This document shows positions 31,651 to 41,415 of a stretch of 64,000 bases of DNA, in pieces; within the stretch, counting starts at the first letter, position 1, and each line of letters begins with the position of its first letter. A program made the position numbers and the translations under genes. Source of the DNA: Gammaproteobacteria bacterium (GTDB lineage Bacteria > Pseudomonadota > Gammaproteobacteria > UBA12402); contig JASFHF010000003.1 of NCBI GenBank assembly GCA_050123375.1, positions 2,064-66,063 of the forward strand, read 5' to 3'. The notes beneath the pieces were generated by a model. That model had not been told where the DNA came from. It saw only the letters and a list, made by a program, of their open reading frames with translations, and did no database searches.

Positions 31651-32379
31651 CTAAAGTTCAAAATCATCCCCTAGATAAATATCTCGTACAATCTTATTGT
31701 TTAAAATTTCTGTAGGGGCACCACTGTGAATAATTTTACCATTGTGCACAATGTATGCTCGATTACATACATCTAAAGTTTCACGTACGTTGTGATCGGT
31801 AATTAATATGCCTATATTGCGATTTTGTAAGTGTTGGATAATTTCTTTGATGTCGACCACGGAAATTGGATCAATGCCTGCAAACGGTTCGTCTAATAAA
31901 ATGAATTTTGGTTCATTAGCAAGGGCTCTAGCAATTTCTACGCGTCTTCTTTCACCGCCAGAGAGACTTAATGCGACATTATCACGTAATGATCCGATAT
32001 GGAATTCATCTAATAATAATTCTAGTTTTTCTAAACGTTGTTTTAGATTTAGTTCTTTTTGCAGTTCCAAAATAGCTAGAATATTGTCTTTTACAGTTAA
32101 TTTGCGGAATACAGAAGGTTCTTGCGGTAGGTAGCCTATACCAAGTCTTGCACGTTCATGCATGGGTAATTCTGTAATGTTTTGTTGGTCAAATAGTATT
32201 TTGCCTTTGTCGCTATTGATTAAACCAACAATCATATAAAAAGCAGTGGTTTTGCCAGCCCCGTTAGGACCTAGCAACCCTACGATTTCACCGCTATTGA
32301 CCTCTATGGTTACATCATCAACAACTTTGCGTTTGTAGCTTTTTTCTAAATGTTCAGCTCTAAGATTGCTCATATTCAA
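31651..32379 (-). CDS. lptB: LPS export ATPase LptB
   Basis: [39 protein letters not shown]. Confidence 0.96.
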   Translation of the reverse strand: MNMSNLRAEHLEKSYKRKVVDDVTIEVNSGEIVGLLGPNGAGKTTAFYMIVGLINSDKGKILFDQQNITELPMHERARLGIGYLPQEPSVFRKLTVKDNILAILELQKELNLKQRLEKLELLLDEFHIGSLRDNVALSLSGGERRRVEIARALANEPKFILLDEPFAGIDPISVVDIKEIIQHLQNRNIGILITDHNVRETLDVCNRAYIVHNGKIIHSGAPTEILNNKIVRDIYLGDDFEL

Positions 32380-32403
32380 TGCTATGTTAGCGGGTAAAGT
32401 GGT

Positions 32404-32994
32404 TTAAGGCAACAGCTTTGTTGAGCTGGTTTTGCCATATTGTCCATGTACATTAGATATTAATTTAATTACATTTTTATTCAAATCTGCTCGTAACCCT
32501 TTTGAATGAATAATACTGCCGGGTTGTTCAATAACAACTGGCTGGTGAGTAATTGCTAACGCTTTTTTAGGGTAATAAGTTAATTTGCTGGTAGTTAGAG
32601 TGATATTGTGACTATTTGGTCCTGGTAATTGTTGAGCTTTTACATGATCTGTTAAAATTATCGTATTTCCATTTTCGAGCGCTTGGCCGTGTTTTGCAGT
32701 AATATGCCATGGAGGCGCGTTTGGCACATTATGAATGATAAATGGAGCGTCAAAAGTAGTCTTATTTTGTTGGGTATAATTAAGAGCTTTGGTAGCAAAA
32801 AAAGTGTTTTCTAATTGTCCGCTTTTATTTACTTGTGTTACTTTGAGATCCATCATATAAGAATCCGGACTTAAGGATGAATATTTAGCAAATTTGATTG
32901 ATTTTGAAGTGAAAATAAACCAAAAACTAATAGCCACAATACAAATAAGAGTGATTAAAATGGCAATATTTTTTCTTTCAAATTCTATTTTCAT
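32404..32994 (-). CDS. lptC: LPS export protein LptC
   Basis: N-terminal TM helix, beta-rich domain (PWHITAKHG); sits between kdsD and lptB. Confidence 0.85.
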   Translation of the reverse strand: MKIEFERKNIAILITLICIVAISFWFIFTSKSIKFAKYSSLSPDSYMMDLKVTQVNKSGQLENTFFATKALNYTQQNKTTFDAPFIIHNVPNAPPWHITAKHGQALENGNTIILTDHVKAQQLPGPNSHNITLTTSKLTYYPKKALAITHQPVVIEQPGSIIHSKGLRADLNKNVIKLISNVHGQYGKTSSTKLLP

Positions 32995-33078
32995 AGGTAT
33001 TTATACTCATATTATGCTAATAGTGTATATTCAGCATCTTCATTGGCGATCGGTATATACATTTCGAGGAGTAATGTA

Positions 33079-34059
33079 TCATACTACTCCGGCTTGAAGT
33101 AAATCGTGCAGGTTAAATGCGCCAATAATTTCACGTTTTTGATCGACAACAAAAAAACCATTAATTTTACGTTCTTCCATAATATTTAATGCTTCAATTG
33201 CTAAATTATTTGCTGGGATGGTGGTAAATTTTTGTGTCATTACATCATCAATAGTAGTTTGATGCACGTTTACTCCATTATCAAGTGCGCGGCGCAAGTC
33301 ACCATCAGTGAAAATGCCGATCATTTCATTTTTATCGTTGGTGATTGCTGTCATTCCAAGGCTTTTTTGGCTCATTTCTACTAATGCATCCTTGAGTAAG
33401 GTTTTGGATCGTACTTGCGGGATACCAATACCGGTGCGCATAACATCAGAGACTTGCAGTAATAAGCGCCTGCCTAATCGTCCAGCTGGGTGTGAAAGGG
33501 CAAAATCCTCTTTGGTAAAGCCGCGTGTTTTTAATAAGGCGATGGCTAGAGCATCTCCTATTACTAATGCAGCAGTGGTGCTGGCGGTTGGGGCTAAATT
33601 TAATGGGCAAGCTTCCAAAGTAATGTCCAGGTTAATATTTATTGTGGATTGTTTGGCGATCGGTGATGAATCGTTGCCGGTAATCGAGATAAGTGGAGCT
33701 CCAATTCTTTTGATAGTCGGCAGAATGGTTAAGATATCTCTGGTTGATCCTGAGTTAGAAATAGCTAGCACTACGTCTTGCTTGGTTACCATGCCTAGAT
33801 CACCATGATTTGCTTCTGCTGAATGAACAAAAAATGCAGGGGTGCCGGTGCTGGCTAGAGTTGCAGCAATTTTGCGGCCAATATGGCCTGATTTTCCCAT
33901 ACCGGTGACTACAACACGGCCCTGGCAATTAAGGATTTGTTTGCAGGCATTATTAAAATTCTCATCAATTTTATCTAATAGGCTGTTAATTGCGTCCAGC
34001 TCTGTTTTAATTACTTCAGCAGCATAAGCACGAAAATCGTTATTTTTAATGGTAGACAT
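33079..34059 (-). CDS. kdsD: Arabinose-5-phosphate isomerase KdsD
   Basis: GMGKSGHIG, ASTGTP, SIS plus two CBS domains. Confidence 0.94.
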   Translation of the reverse strand: MSTIKNNDFRAYAAEVIKTELDAINSLLDKIDENFNNACKQILNCQGRVVVTGMGKSGHIGRKIAATLASTGTPAFFVHSAEANHGDLGMVTKQDVVLAISNSGSTRDILTILPTIKRIGAPLISITGNDSSPIAKQSTININLDITLEACPLNLAPTASTTAALVIGDALAIALLKTRGFTKEDFALSHPAGRLGRRLLLQVSDVMRTGIGIPQVRSKTLLKDALVEMSQKSLGMTAITNDKNEMIGIFTDGDLRRALDNGVNVHQTTIDDVMTQKFTTIPANNLAIEALNIMEERKINGFFVVDQKREIIGAFNLHDLLQAGVV

Positions 34060-34132
34060 GTTTCATTTTCTCCAGAATGTCATAATGTACCAGAAAGTAA
34101 GTGTCAAATCTAGATTTGAGTAGGCGTCAAAT

Positions 34133-34783
34133 TCAGATTTGATATCCATATATTTTTTCTGCATAAATGTAGTCATATACAGCTTTTGGCAGTGAATCAG
34201 TTGGTAATTTATGCTCATGCAGTTGTTTGCGAATTTTGGTTGCGGAGATTGGAATGGGGGTGATATGCAGTTGATAAATCAAGCCATTCGGTTTGTGTTG
34301 AAATGCAGTCGGATCAAAAATTTCGGAATTTTTTAATAATTCCTTAATTGATGAGGATATTTCGATTTTGACGCCAAGCCTGTTTATTACAATAAAATTT
34401 GCATAATTAGTTAATTGTTGCCACTGATGCCAGGTATCAAGGTTTGCAAATGCATCGGTTCCAAGAATTAAGCAGAGAGAATTATTAGGGTAATCTTTCT
34501 TTAATGATTGTAAAGTATCAATCATAAATGAAGTGCCTTGACGCTTTATTTCCCGGTCATCAGCAATAAAATTCGGATAATCTTTAATTGCTAGTTGTGT
34601 CATAGTTAAGCGTTGTGCAGCAGTTGCAATAGGTTGATAACGATGTGCGGGTGTGTGGCATGGAATAAAAATAACTTTTTGTAGATTACATTTTTTTAAC
34701 GCATATTCAGCAATTTTAATGTGTCCAAGATGAATTGGATCAAACGTTCCGCCTAAAATGCCGATGGGAGTTAAATTATCCAT
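34133..34783 (-). CDS. nadD: Nicotinate-nucleotide adenylyltransferase
   Basis: GGTFDPIHLGH, ISATKIR. Confidence 0.95.
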   Translation of the reverse strand: MDNLTPIGILGGTFDPIHLGHIKIAEYALKKCNLQKVIFIPCHTPAHRYQPIATAAQRLTMTQLAIKDYPNFIADDREIKRQGTSFMIDTLQSLKKDYPNNSLCLILGTDAFANLDTWHQWQQLTNYANFIVINRLGVKIEISSSIKELLKNSEIFDPTAFQHKPNGLIYQLHITPIPISATKIRKQLHEHKLPTDSLPKAVYDYIYAEKIYGYQI

Positions 34784-34916
34784 ATTAATAATTGTACTTA
34801 GTTGTGACGAAATGCCAACAATTTTTTGGAATTTTATGTTAAACTGCGTTTTATGCTCATTGCATTTGGAAATGTGGAATTTATAGAAAAGACTGATAGT
34901 TTGTTGTTAAATTGGA

Positions 34917-35009
34917 ACTCGTAATTTTACAACCAGTTTGTTTTTGTAAAATTACGAGTCAGCAAGCATGAGAATAACTAAAAAAAACGCAGATCTACCA
35001 TGCGCGGTA
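34917..35009. repeat. Structured repeat, family D, copy 1
   Basis: ACTCGTAATTTTACAA...TTGTAAAATTACGAGT hairpin; homologous in reverse to 47615..47708. Confidence 0.75.
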
Positions 35010-35098
35010 GCTGCCACAGAAATTTAATAGGTGATTTTGTCAGTTATAAATCTCGCATCTTGAGATGATATTGGTATATATTTTATTGGGGTGATCTT

Positions 35099-36025
35099 AT
35101 GGCCTTATTGTTTATTTCTAATTTCAAAAATGCAGATTCGTGGGTGAAAGAGTTTCACAATCAGGCTAGAGATATAGAGCTTTATGTTTGGCCGAGAATT
35201 GTAGATGTAGAAAAAGTTGAGTTTATTGCCGTTTGGAGTTATGAAGACATTGATTATAATGTTTTTCCGAATTTAAAATGCATTTCCTCATTGGCTGCAG
35301 GAATTGATCATCTTGATTTAAAAAAAATTCCGCAAGAAATATCTGTTACACGTATAGTTGATCCTGCAATGCGTACTCAAATGTCAGAATATGTGATCAT
35401 GGCTGTATGTAATTATCGTAGGCATTTAATTGAGTACAAATTTCAACAGCATACAAAGGTTTGGACTAAAATTCCGGAAATTGATATGGCTGATTTGACG
35501 GTTGGTGTTATGGGGGTTGGTAGTCTTGGAATGGATGCAGCGCTAAAACTACAAGCGTTAGGCTATCCAGTGATTGGCTGGAGTTATTCGCCAAAACCTG
35601 ATGCAGAAATAACGGTTTTTTCCGGGAAAAAAGGTTTGCAGGATTTTATTGCACGCAGCAAAATTTTAGTTTGTTTTTTACCAGTTACCGATAAGACTGA
35701 AAATATTTTGAATCGTGCAACTTTATCACAATTACCCAAAGATGCTTATTTGATTAATGTTGCGCGTGGTGCTTTATTGGTTGATGAGGATTTGATTTCT
35801 TTGTTAGATAGCAATCATTTGTTTGGCGCATGTTTGGATGTTTTTCGTAAAGAGCCTTTGCCGTTAGAGCATCCATTTTGGCATCATCCAAAAATTATTG
35901 TAACTCCGCACATGTCTTCTAACCCGATTTTTAAAAATGCGGTCAAACAAATTATTGCCAATTATCGTCGAATGAAATCTGGTGAAGAGTTACTAAATGT
36001 AGTTGATAAAAATAAAGGTTATTAA
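35099..36025 (+). CDS. ghrA: Glyoxylate/hydroxypyruvate reductase A-like 2-hydroxyacid dehydrogenase
   Basis: GVMGVGSLG, INVARG, LDVF..EPL, TPH. Confidence 0.85.
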   Translation: MALLFISNFKNADSWVKEFHNQARDIELYVWPRIVDVEKVEFIAVWSYEDIDYNVFPNLKCISSLAAGIDHLDLKKIPQEISVTRIVDPAMRTQMSEYVIMAVCNYRRHLIEYKFQQHTKVWTKIPEIDMADLTVGVMGVGSLGMDAALKLQALGYPVIGWSYSPKPDAEITVFSGKKGLQDFIARSKILVCFLPVTDKTENILNRATLSQLPKDAYLINVARGALLVDEDLISLLDSNHLFGACLDVFRKEPLPLEHPFWHHPKIIVTPHMSSNPIFKNAVKQIIANYRRMKSGEELLNVVDKNKGY

Positions 36026-36064
36026 CCGGAAACGATTATCTGCTTATTTTCCCACAAATTAATG

Positions 36065-37261
36065 TTATTTACACCAATGTTCTATTGGGATTTGTAAAAA
36101 TTCTTTGAGTGGAATGCCATTACCGCCTATTAATAATATATGTTTGGGATTATATTTTTCTTTAAAGGTTTTCATGCCGGGTAATGCATTTTTAGTGATT
36201 CCGCTTTTAACTTCAATTGCAATTAAATTACTATTGTAACGTAATACGAAGTCTATTTCTTTGCTTAGTTCGCGCCAATAAAATAATTCTATATTTTTTC
36301 CAATTATATTATTTAATAAATAAGCTCCGACAGTTGATTCAACTAGTCTTCCCCAATATTCGCGATTTAATTGTGCGGCGTTAAAAGCAATATTAGATTG
36401 AGCTGAAATTAAAGCGGTATTTAATACTTGTAATTTAGGGCTGGAAGCACGTTGCCTAACATATCTTGCAGAAAATTTGTCAATACCAGCTAACATTCCA
36501 GCATTTTCCAAAAGTTTTAAATAATGTGATAAAGTTGTAGTGTTGCCGGCATCTTGTAATTGTCCCAACATTTTTTGAAAAGATAAAATTTGTCCAGAAT
36601 AATGGCATCCTAATTGAAATAGTTGGCGCAACAAAGATGGTTTTTTAACGGAGCTAACTAATAAAATGTCACGTGATATAGTAGTTTCAATCAATGAGTT
36701 TCTAATGTAATTTGACCATCGCGCTTCGTCATTGATTAATGGTGCAGCGCCTGGATATGCTCCAAAGAAAATATATTGTTCTAATGTCCAGTTAAAAGCT
36801 TGTTGCATTTCAACAAATGACCAATGTGTTATTGGGATTATTTCGAAACGCCCAGCTAAACTTTCAGTTAAACCTTGCTGAATAAGTAGTTTTGATGATC
36901 CTAAAAGTACAACCTTAAGAGGAATGTTATTTCGTAAATCTTCGTCCCATAGTTTTTTGATGGTTTCTGACCACTTAGTAATTTTTTGAATTTCATCCAA
37001 GACTAATATTGCATAAGAGGATTTTCTTGCTTTGATCCTTCCGATTTCCCATTGCTGTTCAATCCATGTTTCGTTGAATGAATTGATGTCATCCGCGGAA
37101 GCGTAATGATAAGATTGCTCCAGGGTTTTTATAACTTGTTGAATTAAAGTGGTTTTTCCTACTTGGCGAGGGCCGGCTAAAATTTGTATAAAACGTTTTG
37201 GTTCTTGCAGTCTTGCAAGAACTTGTGCAAAAATAAATCGTTTAAACATAGTTTTATCCAT
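36065..37261 (-). CDS. AAA_14/DUF4143 ATPase, paralog 4
   Basis: GPRQVGKT, LDEIQK, ESLAGRF, EIDF...AIEVK. Confidence 0.88.
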   Translation of the reverse strand: MDKTMFKRFIFAQVLARLQEPKRFIQILAGPRQVGKTTLIQQVIKTLEQSYHYASADDINSFNETWIEQQWEIGRIKARKSSYAILVLDEIQKITKWSETIKKLWDEDLRNNIPLKVVLLGSSKLLIQQGLTESLAGRFEIIPITHWSFVEMQQAFNWTLEQYIFFGAYPGAAPLINDEARWSNYIRNSLIETTISRDILLVSSVKKPSLLRQLFQLGCHYSGQILSFQKMLGQLQDAGNTTTLSHYLKLLENAGMLAGIDKFSARYVRQRASSPKLQVLNTALISAQSNIAFNAAQLNREYWGRLVESTVGAYLLNNIIGKNIELFYWRELSKEIDFVLRYNSNLIAIEVKSGITKNALPGMKTFKEKYNPKHILLIGGNGIPLKEFLQIPIEHWCK

Positions 37262-37320
37262 TGTATTGAGTAAAATTACTCATTATGTTGAGTAATTTTA
37301 CTCAATACACTGAGTAAATT
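37262..37320. repeat. Palindromic tandem array (22-bp period) abutting the DUF4143 paralog 4 start
   Basis: TGAGTAA..TTACTCA units at 37267, 37289 and 37311 (partial); 21-bp perfect inverted arms spanning 37262..37309. Confidence 0.85.
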
Positions 37321-37326
37321 CAATGA

Positions 37327-38328
37327 TTATCTACTTAATTTTATACTCAAAGACAATAACACATCCCAAATATTACCAATTTCTGCACCTTTGATAACGC
37401 GGTCAACTTTAGCTGCAAGACGTAATAATTGAAATAGTGATTTTTGATTGTGGCGTTTTAGTGCAAGTCTGACAAAAGGTTTTCTTTTTTCCCATACGTG
37501 GTTTTTATAAAGGATATTATTGATTGATTCTCCTTGTTGTAATTGGTGTTGCATTAAAGATAAATTACGAATTTCACGTGCTAATGTCCATAATATCAAA
37601 ATTGGTTCAGCGCCTTCATCTTTTAAACCAGTTAAAATGCGGGTGGTGCGTTTTGTGTCACCGCTTAATGCGGTGTCTGCTAAAGTGAATACATCAAAAC
37701 GTGCATTATCACTGATTGCTGCAACTACTTCTTGTAGAGTTAAGTGCTTTTTATCGTATAATAAAGTAATTTTTTCGATAGCTTGTTTGGCGGCTAATAA
37801 ATTACCTTCAGTATTTTCTGCTAAAAAGTTAATTGCATTTTTATCTATGGTGATGTTATGTTGTTTTAATTGTTGTGTAATCCAATTTGGTAATTGTTGT
37901 TTTGCCACTGGCCAAATTTGTACAAATACACCAGTTTTTTCAACTGCTTTATACCATTTAGTATTTTGTGTTGGGGCGCTAAGTTTTTTAGTAATAATTA
38001 GCAGGATTTTGTTTTGTGGAGGATTGGCGGCATAATCTTGTAAAGCTTTTTTTCCAGCTTCATTTATTTTGTCACTTGGCATACGCAGCTCTAATATTGA
38101 ATTATCATCAAATAAAGACAGACTATTAGCGCTGGCTAGTAGATTATTCCAATCAAATTTGGAGTTAACATGAAAAACTTGCCGTTCGGTAAAATTATTT
38201 TGTTGTGCGTGTTTACGAATTATCATGGATGCTTCTTCAACCAATAAGATTTCATCGCCGCCAATTAAATAAATTGGTGACAATGATTTGTTTAAAGTTG
38301 ATTTTAGGCGGTCAATGGTGATTTTCAT
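37327..38328 (-). CDS. holA: DNA polymerase III delta subunit
   Basis: YLIGGDE, SLSLF, EGNLLAA; leuS-lptE-holA synteny. Confidence 0.94.
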   Translation of the reverse strand: MKITIDRLKSTLNKSLSPIYLIGGDEILLVEEASMIIRKHAQQNNFTERQVFHVNSKFDWNNLLASANSLSLFDDNSILELRMPSDKINEAGKKALQDYAANPPQNKILLIITKKLSAPTQNTKWYKAVEKTGVFVQIWPVAKQQLPNWITQQLKQHNITIDKNAINFLAENTEGNLLAAKQAIEKITLLYDKKHLTLQEVVAAISDNARFDVFTLADTALSGDTKRTTRILTGLKDEGAEPILILWTLAREIRNLSLMQHQLQQGESINNILYKNHVWEKRKPFVRLALKRHNQKSLFQLLRLAAKVDRVIKGAEIGNIWDVLLSLSIKLSR

Positions 38329-38857
38329 GTTTAATCGCTGAATATTTGTTGAGTGTGAGAATAGTGTGTTTTGAAGTTAATTGAAACATTAATTTCATAA
38401 TTAAATTACGTATTAATGTTTGTTTGGTAATATCTAATTTATTACTGTTTTCTAATATTTCATTTTGGTTGACTGTAATAGTGTCAGTAGCGCTAACTGA
38501 TTTTGGTTTTACAATAGTATTGCCGTATTTGTTTTGTAGGCTATAAGTAATAGTATAAGTTGCGTTATAGTTGCGTGTTTGTGCGGTGCTGGCGACAGTG
38601 GTTTGATTCGTGTAAAAGTGTTCTTGTGATATATATAGAATAATTAGTGCTTGCCTGGGGTCATTAACTAATTTTACTTTGGACAATCTAAGTGCGTTTT
38701 TTAATTGTTTAGTAAAGTCTGAGTACGGTGAATTACTTTGTAAATACATGACACGCAGTTGTGGCGGCCATGGTTGCGTTCCTCTTAAATGGAAGCCGCA
38801 GCCGGTCAGTAACAAAGCAGTAATAATCAAGATTGATGTTTGTTTTAAAATTTTCAT
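38312..38857 (-). CDS. lptE: LPS assembly lipoprotein LptE
   Basis: Lipobox LTGCGFHLRG; start moved out of the REP. Confidence 0.9.
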   Translation of the reverse strand: MKILKQTSILIITALLLTGCGFHLRGTQPWPPQLRVMYLQSNSPYSDFTKQLKNALRLSKVKLVNDPRQALIILYISQEHFYTNQTTVASTAQTRNYNATYTITYSLQNKYGNTIVKPKSVSATDTITVNQNEILENSNKLDITKQTLIRNLIMKLMFQLTSKHTILTLNKYSAIKHENHH

Positions 38858-38871
38858 GTTACATTCCTGAG

Positions 38872-38931
38872 AGGGTTGGGGCTTCACTCATTACATGAGC
38901 GAAGCTATGTAATGAGTGAAGCCCCGACCCC
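38872..38931. repeat. REPIN, family B
   Basis: AGGGTTGGGGCTTCACTCATTACAT ... ATGTAATGAGTGAAGCCCCGACCCC directly after the leuS stop. Confidence 0.9.
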
Positions 38932-41405
38932 TAAACCACAATATTAACTAATTTCTTCGGAACCACAATGATTTTTTTGATTTTTTTATCGGTCAGATAA
39001 GATTTAACCTTGGAGCTATTAACCGCAGTTTTTTCAATCATGTTTTTATCGGCGTTACTTGGTATCATGATGTTATCACGCAGTTTACCATTTACTTGCA
39101 CAACGATTTTTATTGTATCAGCCTGCAAGACTGTTTGTATTGGTTTAGGCCAATGGGCTTTTAATATGTTCTTACCGTAATGTAATTTTTTCCATAGATG
39201 CTGCGTAATGTGCGGTGCAATTGGGCTTAGCAATCGCAAAATAATGCTAAAGCCTTCATGAATTAATTGCTGGTCAATAATATTGTCTGCAGATATTTCA
39301 TACAAAATATTAAGTAGTTTCATACAAGCTGATATTACGGTATTAAATTGCAATTTTTCTATATCATAATTTGCCTGTTTTAAGATTGTATGAATTTGAT
39401 GGCGTATTTCTTGTTGCTGTGAAGTTGCTTGTTTCCACGTTTCATTTGCAATTGAACTTTTTTCTTGTGCAATGTTTTCGTTTTCGATACATTTTTGATT
39501 TTTATATGCAAAAGCCCAGAGACGTTTTAAAAATCGATATGCGCCTTCAACGCCGCTGTCTGACCATTCTAAACTTTGTTCTGGCGGTGAAGCAAAAATC
39601 GTAAACACTCGTACGGTATCAGCGCCGTATTTATCAATTAAAGCTTGCGGGTCAACGGTATTACCTTTTGATTTTGACATTTTAGCACCGTCTTTTAATA
39701 CCATTCCTTGAGTTAATAAATTAGTAAATGGTTCATCGGAGTTTAGCATACCAAAATCACGCATTACTTTGTTAAAAAATCTTGCGTACAATAAGTGTAA
39801 TACTGCATGTTCAATTCCGCCAATATAATGATTTACCGGAGTCCAATATTTTGCGCGGTCATCTAACATGCTGTTATGTTGGTCATAACACGCAAAGCGT
39901 GCATAATACCAAGATGAATCAACAAACGTATCAAAAGTGTCAGTTTCGCGTCGTGCTTTACCGCCGCATTTTGGACAAGTAGTTTCATAAAATCCCGGCA
40001 TTTTGGTTAGCGGTGAGGTCGCACCGGTGAATTCTACATCTTCTGGTAATGTTACCGGAAGATCTTTTTCGGGAACCGGAATATCCCCGCATTTTTCACA
40101 ATAAATAATTGGGATTGGTGTTCCCCAGTAACGTTGGCGGGAAATTCCCCAGTCACGTAAACGATAATTAACTTTTTCTTGTCCAAGATTATTTTGTTTT
40201 AATTTTTCAGTGATGGCAATGCATGCTTCTTCAGTGGTAAGGCCATTAAATTCATCTGAATTAGTTAATATCCCTGGTTCGCTATAAGCTTTAGTTTGTG
40301 TTTGTTCATCGTAATCGCCTTCGAGAACTTTTTTTAATGGTAAATTATATTTGCGTGCAAATTCAAAATCGCGTTGATCGTGTGATGGAACTGCCATTAC
40401 TGCGCCAGAACCATATTCCATTACCACATAATTGGTAATCCAAATCGGCATTTCAGTTTTGGTCATTGGGTTAATTGCTTTAAATCCTGTATCTATGCCT
40501 TGTTTATCCATAGTAGCAAGATCAGCTTCCGCAACTTTGACATGTTGGCATGTTTTGATAAATTTTTTAATTTTTTGGTTTTTTTCGGAAGCCTCTTTTG
40601 CGAGGGGGTGCGCAGGTGCGATTGCAATAAACGTTGCGCCGTAAATTGTATCAGCACGCGTAGTGTAAACTTCCAAAACAACAGGATTGTCTTTTACGAT
40701 AAATTTGATTTCTGTTCCTTTAGAGCGGCCGATCCAATTGCGCTGCATAGTTTTAACTTGATGCGGCCAGCCGTCAAGTTTATCTAAATCATTTAATAAT
40801 TCTTCAGCATACGCAGTAATTCTAAAAAACCATTGCGGAATTTCACGTCGTTCAATCGGTGCTCCGCTGCGCCAGCCTTTACCATTAATTACTTGTTCGT
40901 TGGCTAAAACAGTCTGATCTACTGGATCCCAATTAACTACAGAATTTTTTCGATATACCAGGCCTTTTTCCAGCATTTTGGTAAACAGCCATTGTTCCCA
41001 TTTATAATATTCTGGTTGGCAAGTTGCAAATTCGCGACTCCAATCATATGCGATACCCAATTGTTTAAGTTGTTTGCGGATTGCATCGATATTTTTGTAA
41101 GTCCATTTAGCGGGAGCAATTTTATTTTTGATTGCAGCATTTTCTGCTGGCAAACCAAAAGCATCATATCCCATTGGTTGTAAAACATTTTTTCCCTGCA
41201 TTATTTGATAACGAGAAATGACGTCTCCAATAGTATAGTTACGTACGTGTCCCATATGCAGAGTCCCGCTGGGATAGATAAACATCGAGAGACAATAGAA
41301 TTTTTCTTTGCCTGGATCCTCAGTGACTTGAAAAGTTGCATGTTCTTCCCACTTTTGCTGAATTTTTTGTTCTATTTCCTGTGGGTTATATTGTTCGTTG
41401 ATCAT
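38931..41405 (-). CDS. leuS: Leucine-tRNA ligase
   Basis: HMGH and KMSKS motifs; start at MINEQY after a GGAG RBS. Confidence 0.97.
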   Translation of the reverse strand: MINEQYNPQEIEQKIQQKWEEHATFQVTEDPGKEKFYCLSMFIYPSGTLHMGHVRNYTIGDVISRYQIMQGKNVLQPMGYDAFGLPAENAAIKNKIAPAKWTYKNIDAIRKQLKQLGIAYDWSREFATCQPEYYKWEQWLFTKMLEKGLVYRKNSVVNWDPVDQTVLANEQVINGKGWRSGAPIERREIPQWFFRITAYAEELLNDLDKLDGWPHQVKTMQRNWIGRSKGTEIKFIVKDNPVVLEVYTTRADTIYGATFIAIAPAHPLAKEASEKNQKIKKFIKTCQHVKVAEADLATMDKQGIDTGFKAINPMTKTEMPIWITNYVVMEYGSGAVMAVPSHDQRDFEFARKYNLPLKKVLEGDYDEQTQTKAYSEPGILTNSDEFNGLTTEEACIAITEKLKQNNLGQEKVNYRLRDWGISRQRYWGTPIPIIYCEKCGDIPVPEKDLPVTLPEDVEFTGATSPLTKMPGFYETTCPKCGGKARRETDTFDTFVDSSWYYARFACYDQHNSMLDDRAKYWTPVNHYIGGIEHAVLHLLYARFFNKVMRDFGMLNSDEPFTNLLTQGMVLKDGAKMSKSKGNTVDPQALIDKYGADTVRVFTIFASPPEQSLEWSDSGVEGAYRFLKRLWAFAYKNQKCIENENIAQEKSSIANETWKQATSQQQEIRHQIHTILKQANYDIEKLQFNTVISACMKLLNILYEISADNIIDQQLIHEGFSIILRLLSPIAPHITQHLWKKLHYGKNILKAHWPKPIQTVLQADTIKIVVQVNGKLRDNIMIPSNADKNMIEKTAVNSSKVKSYLTDKKIKKIIVVPKKLVNIVV

Positions 41406-41415
41406 ATTTACTCCA

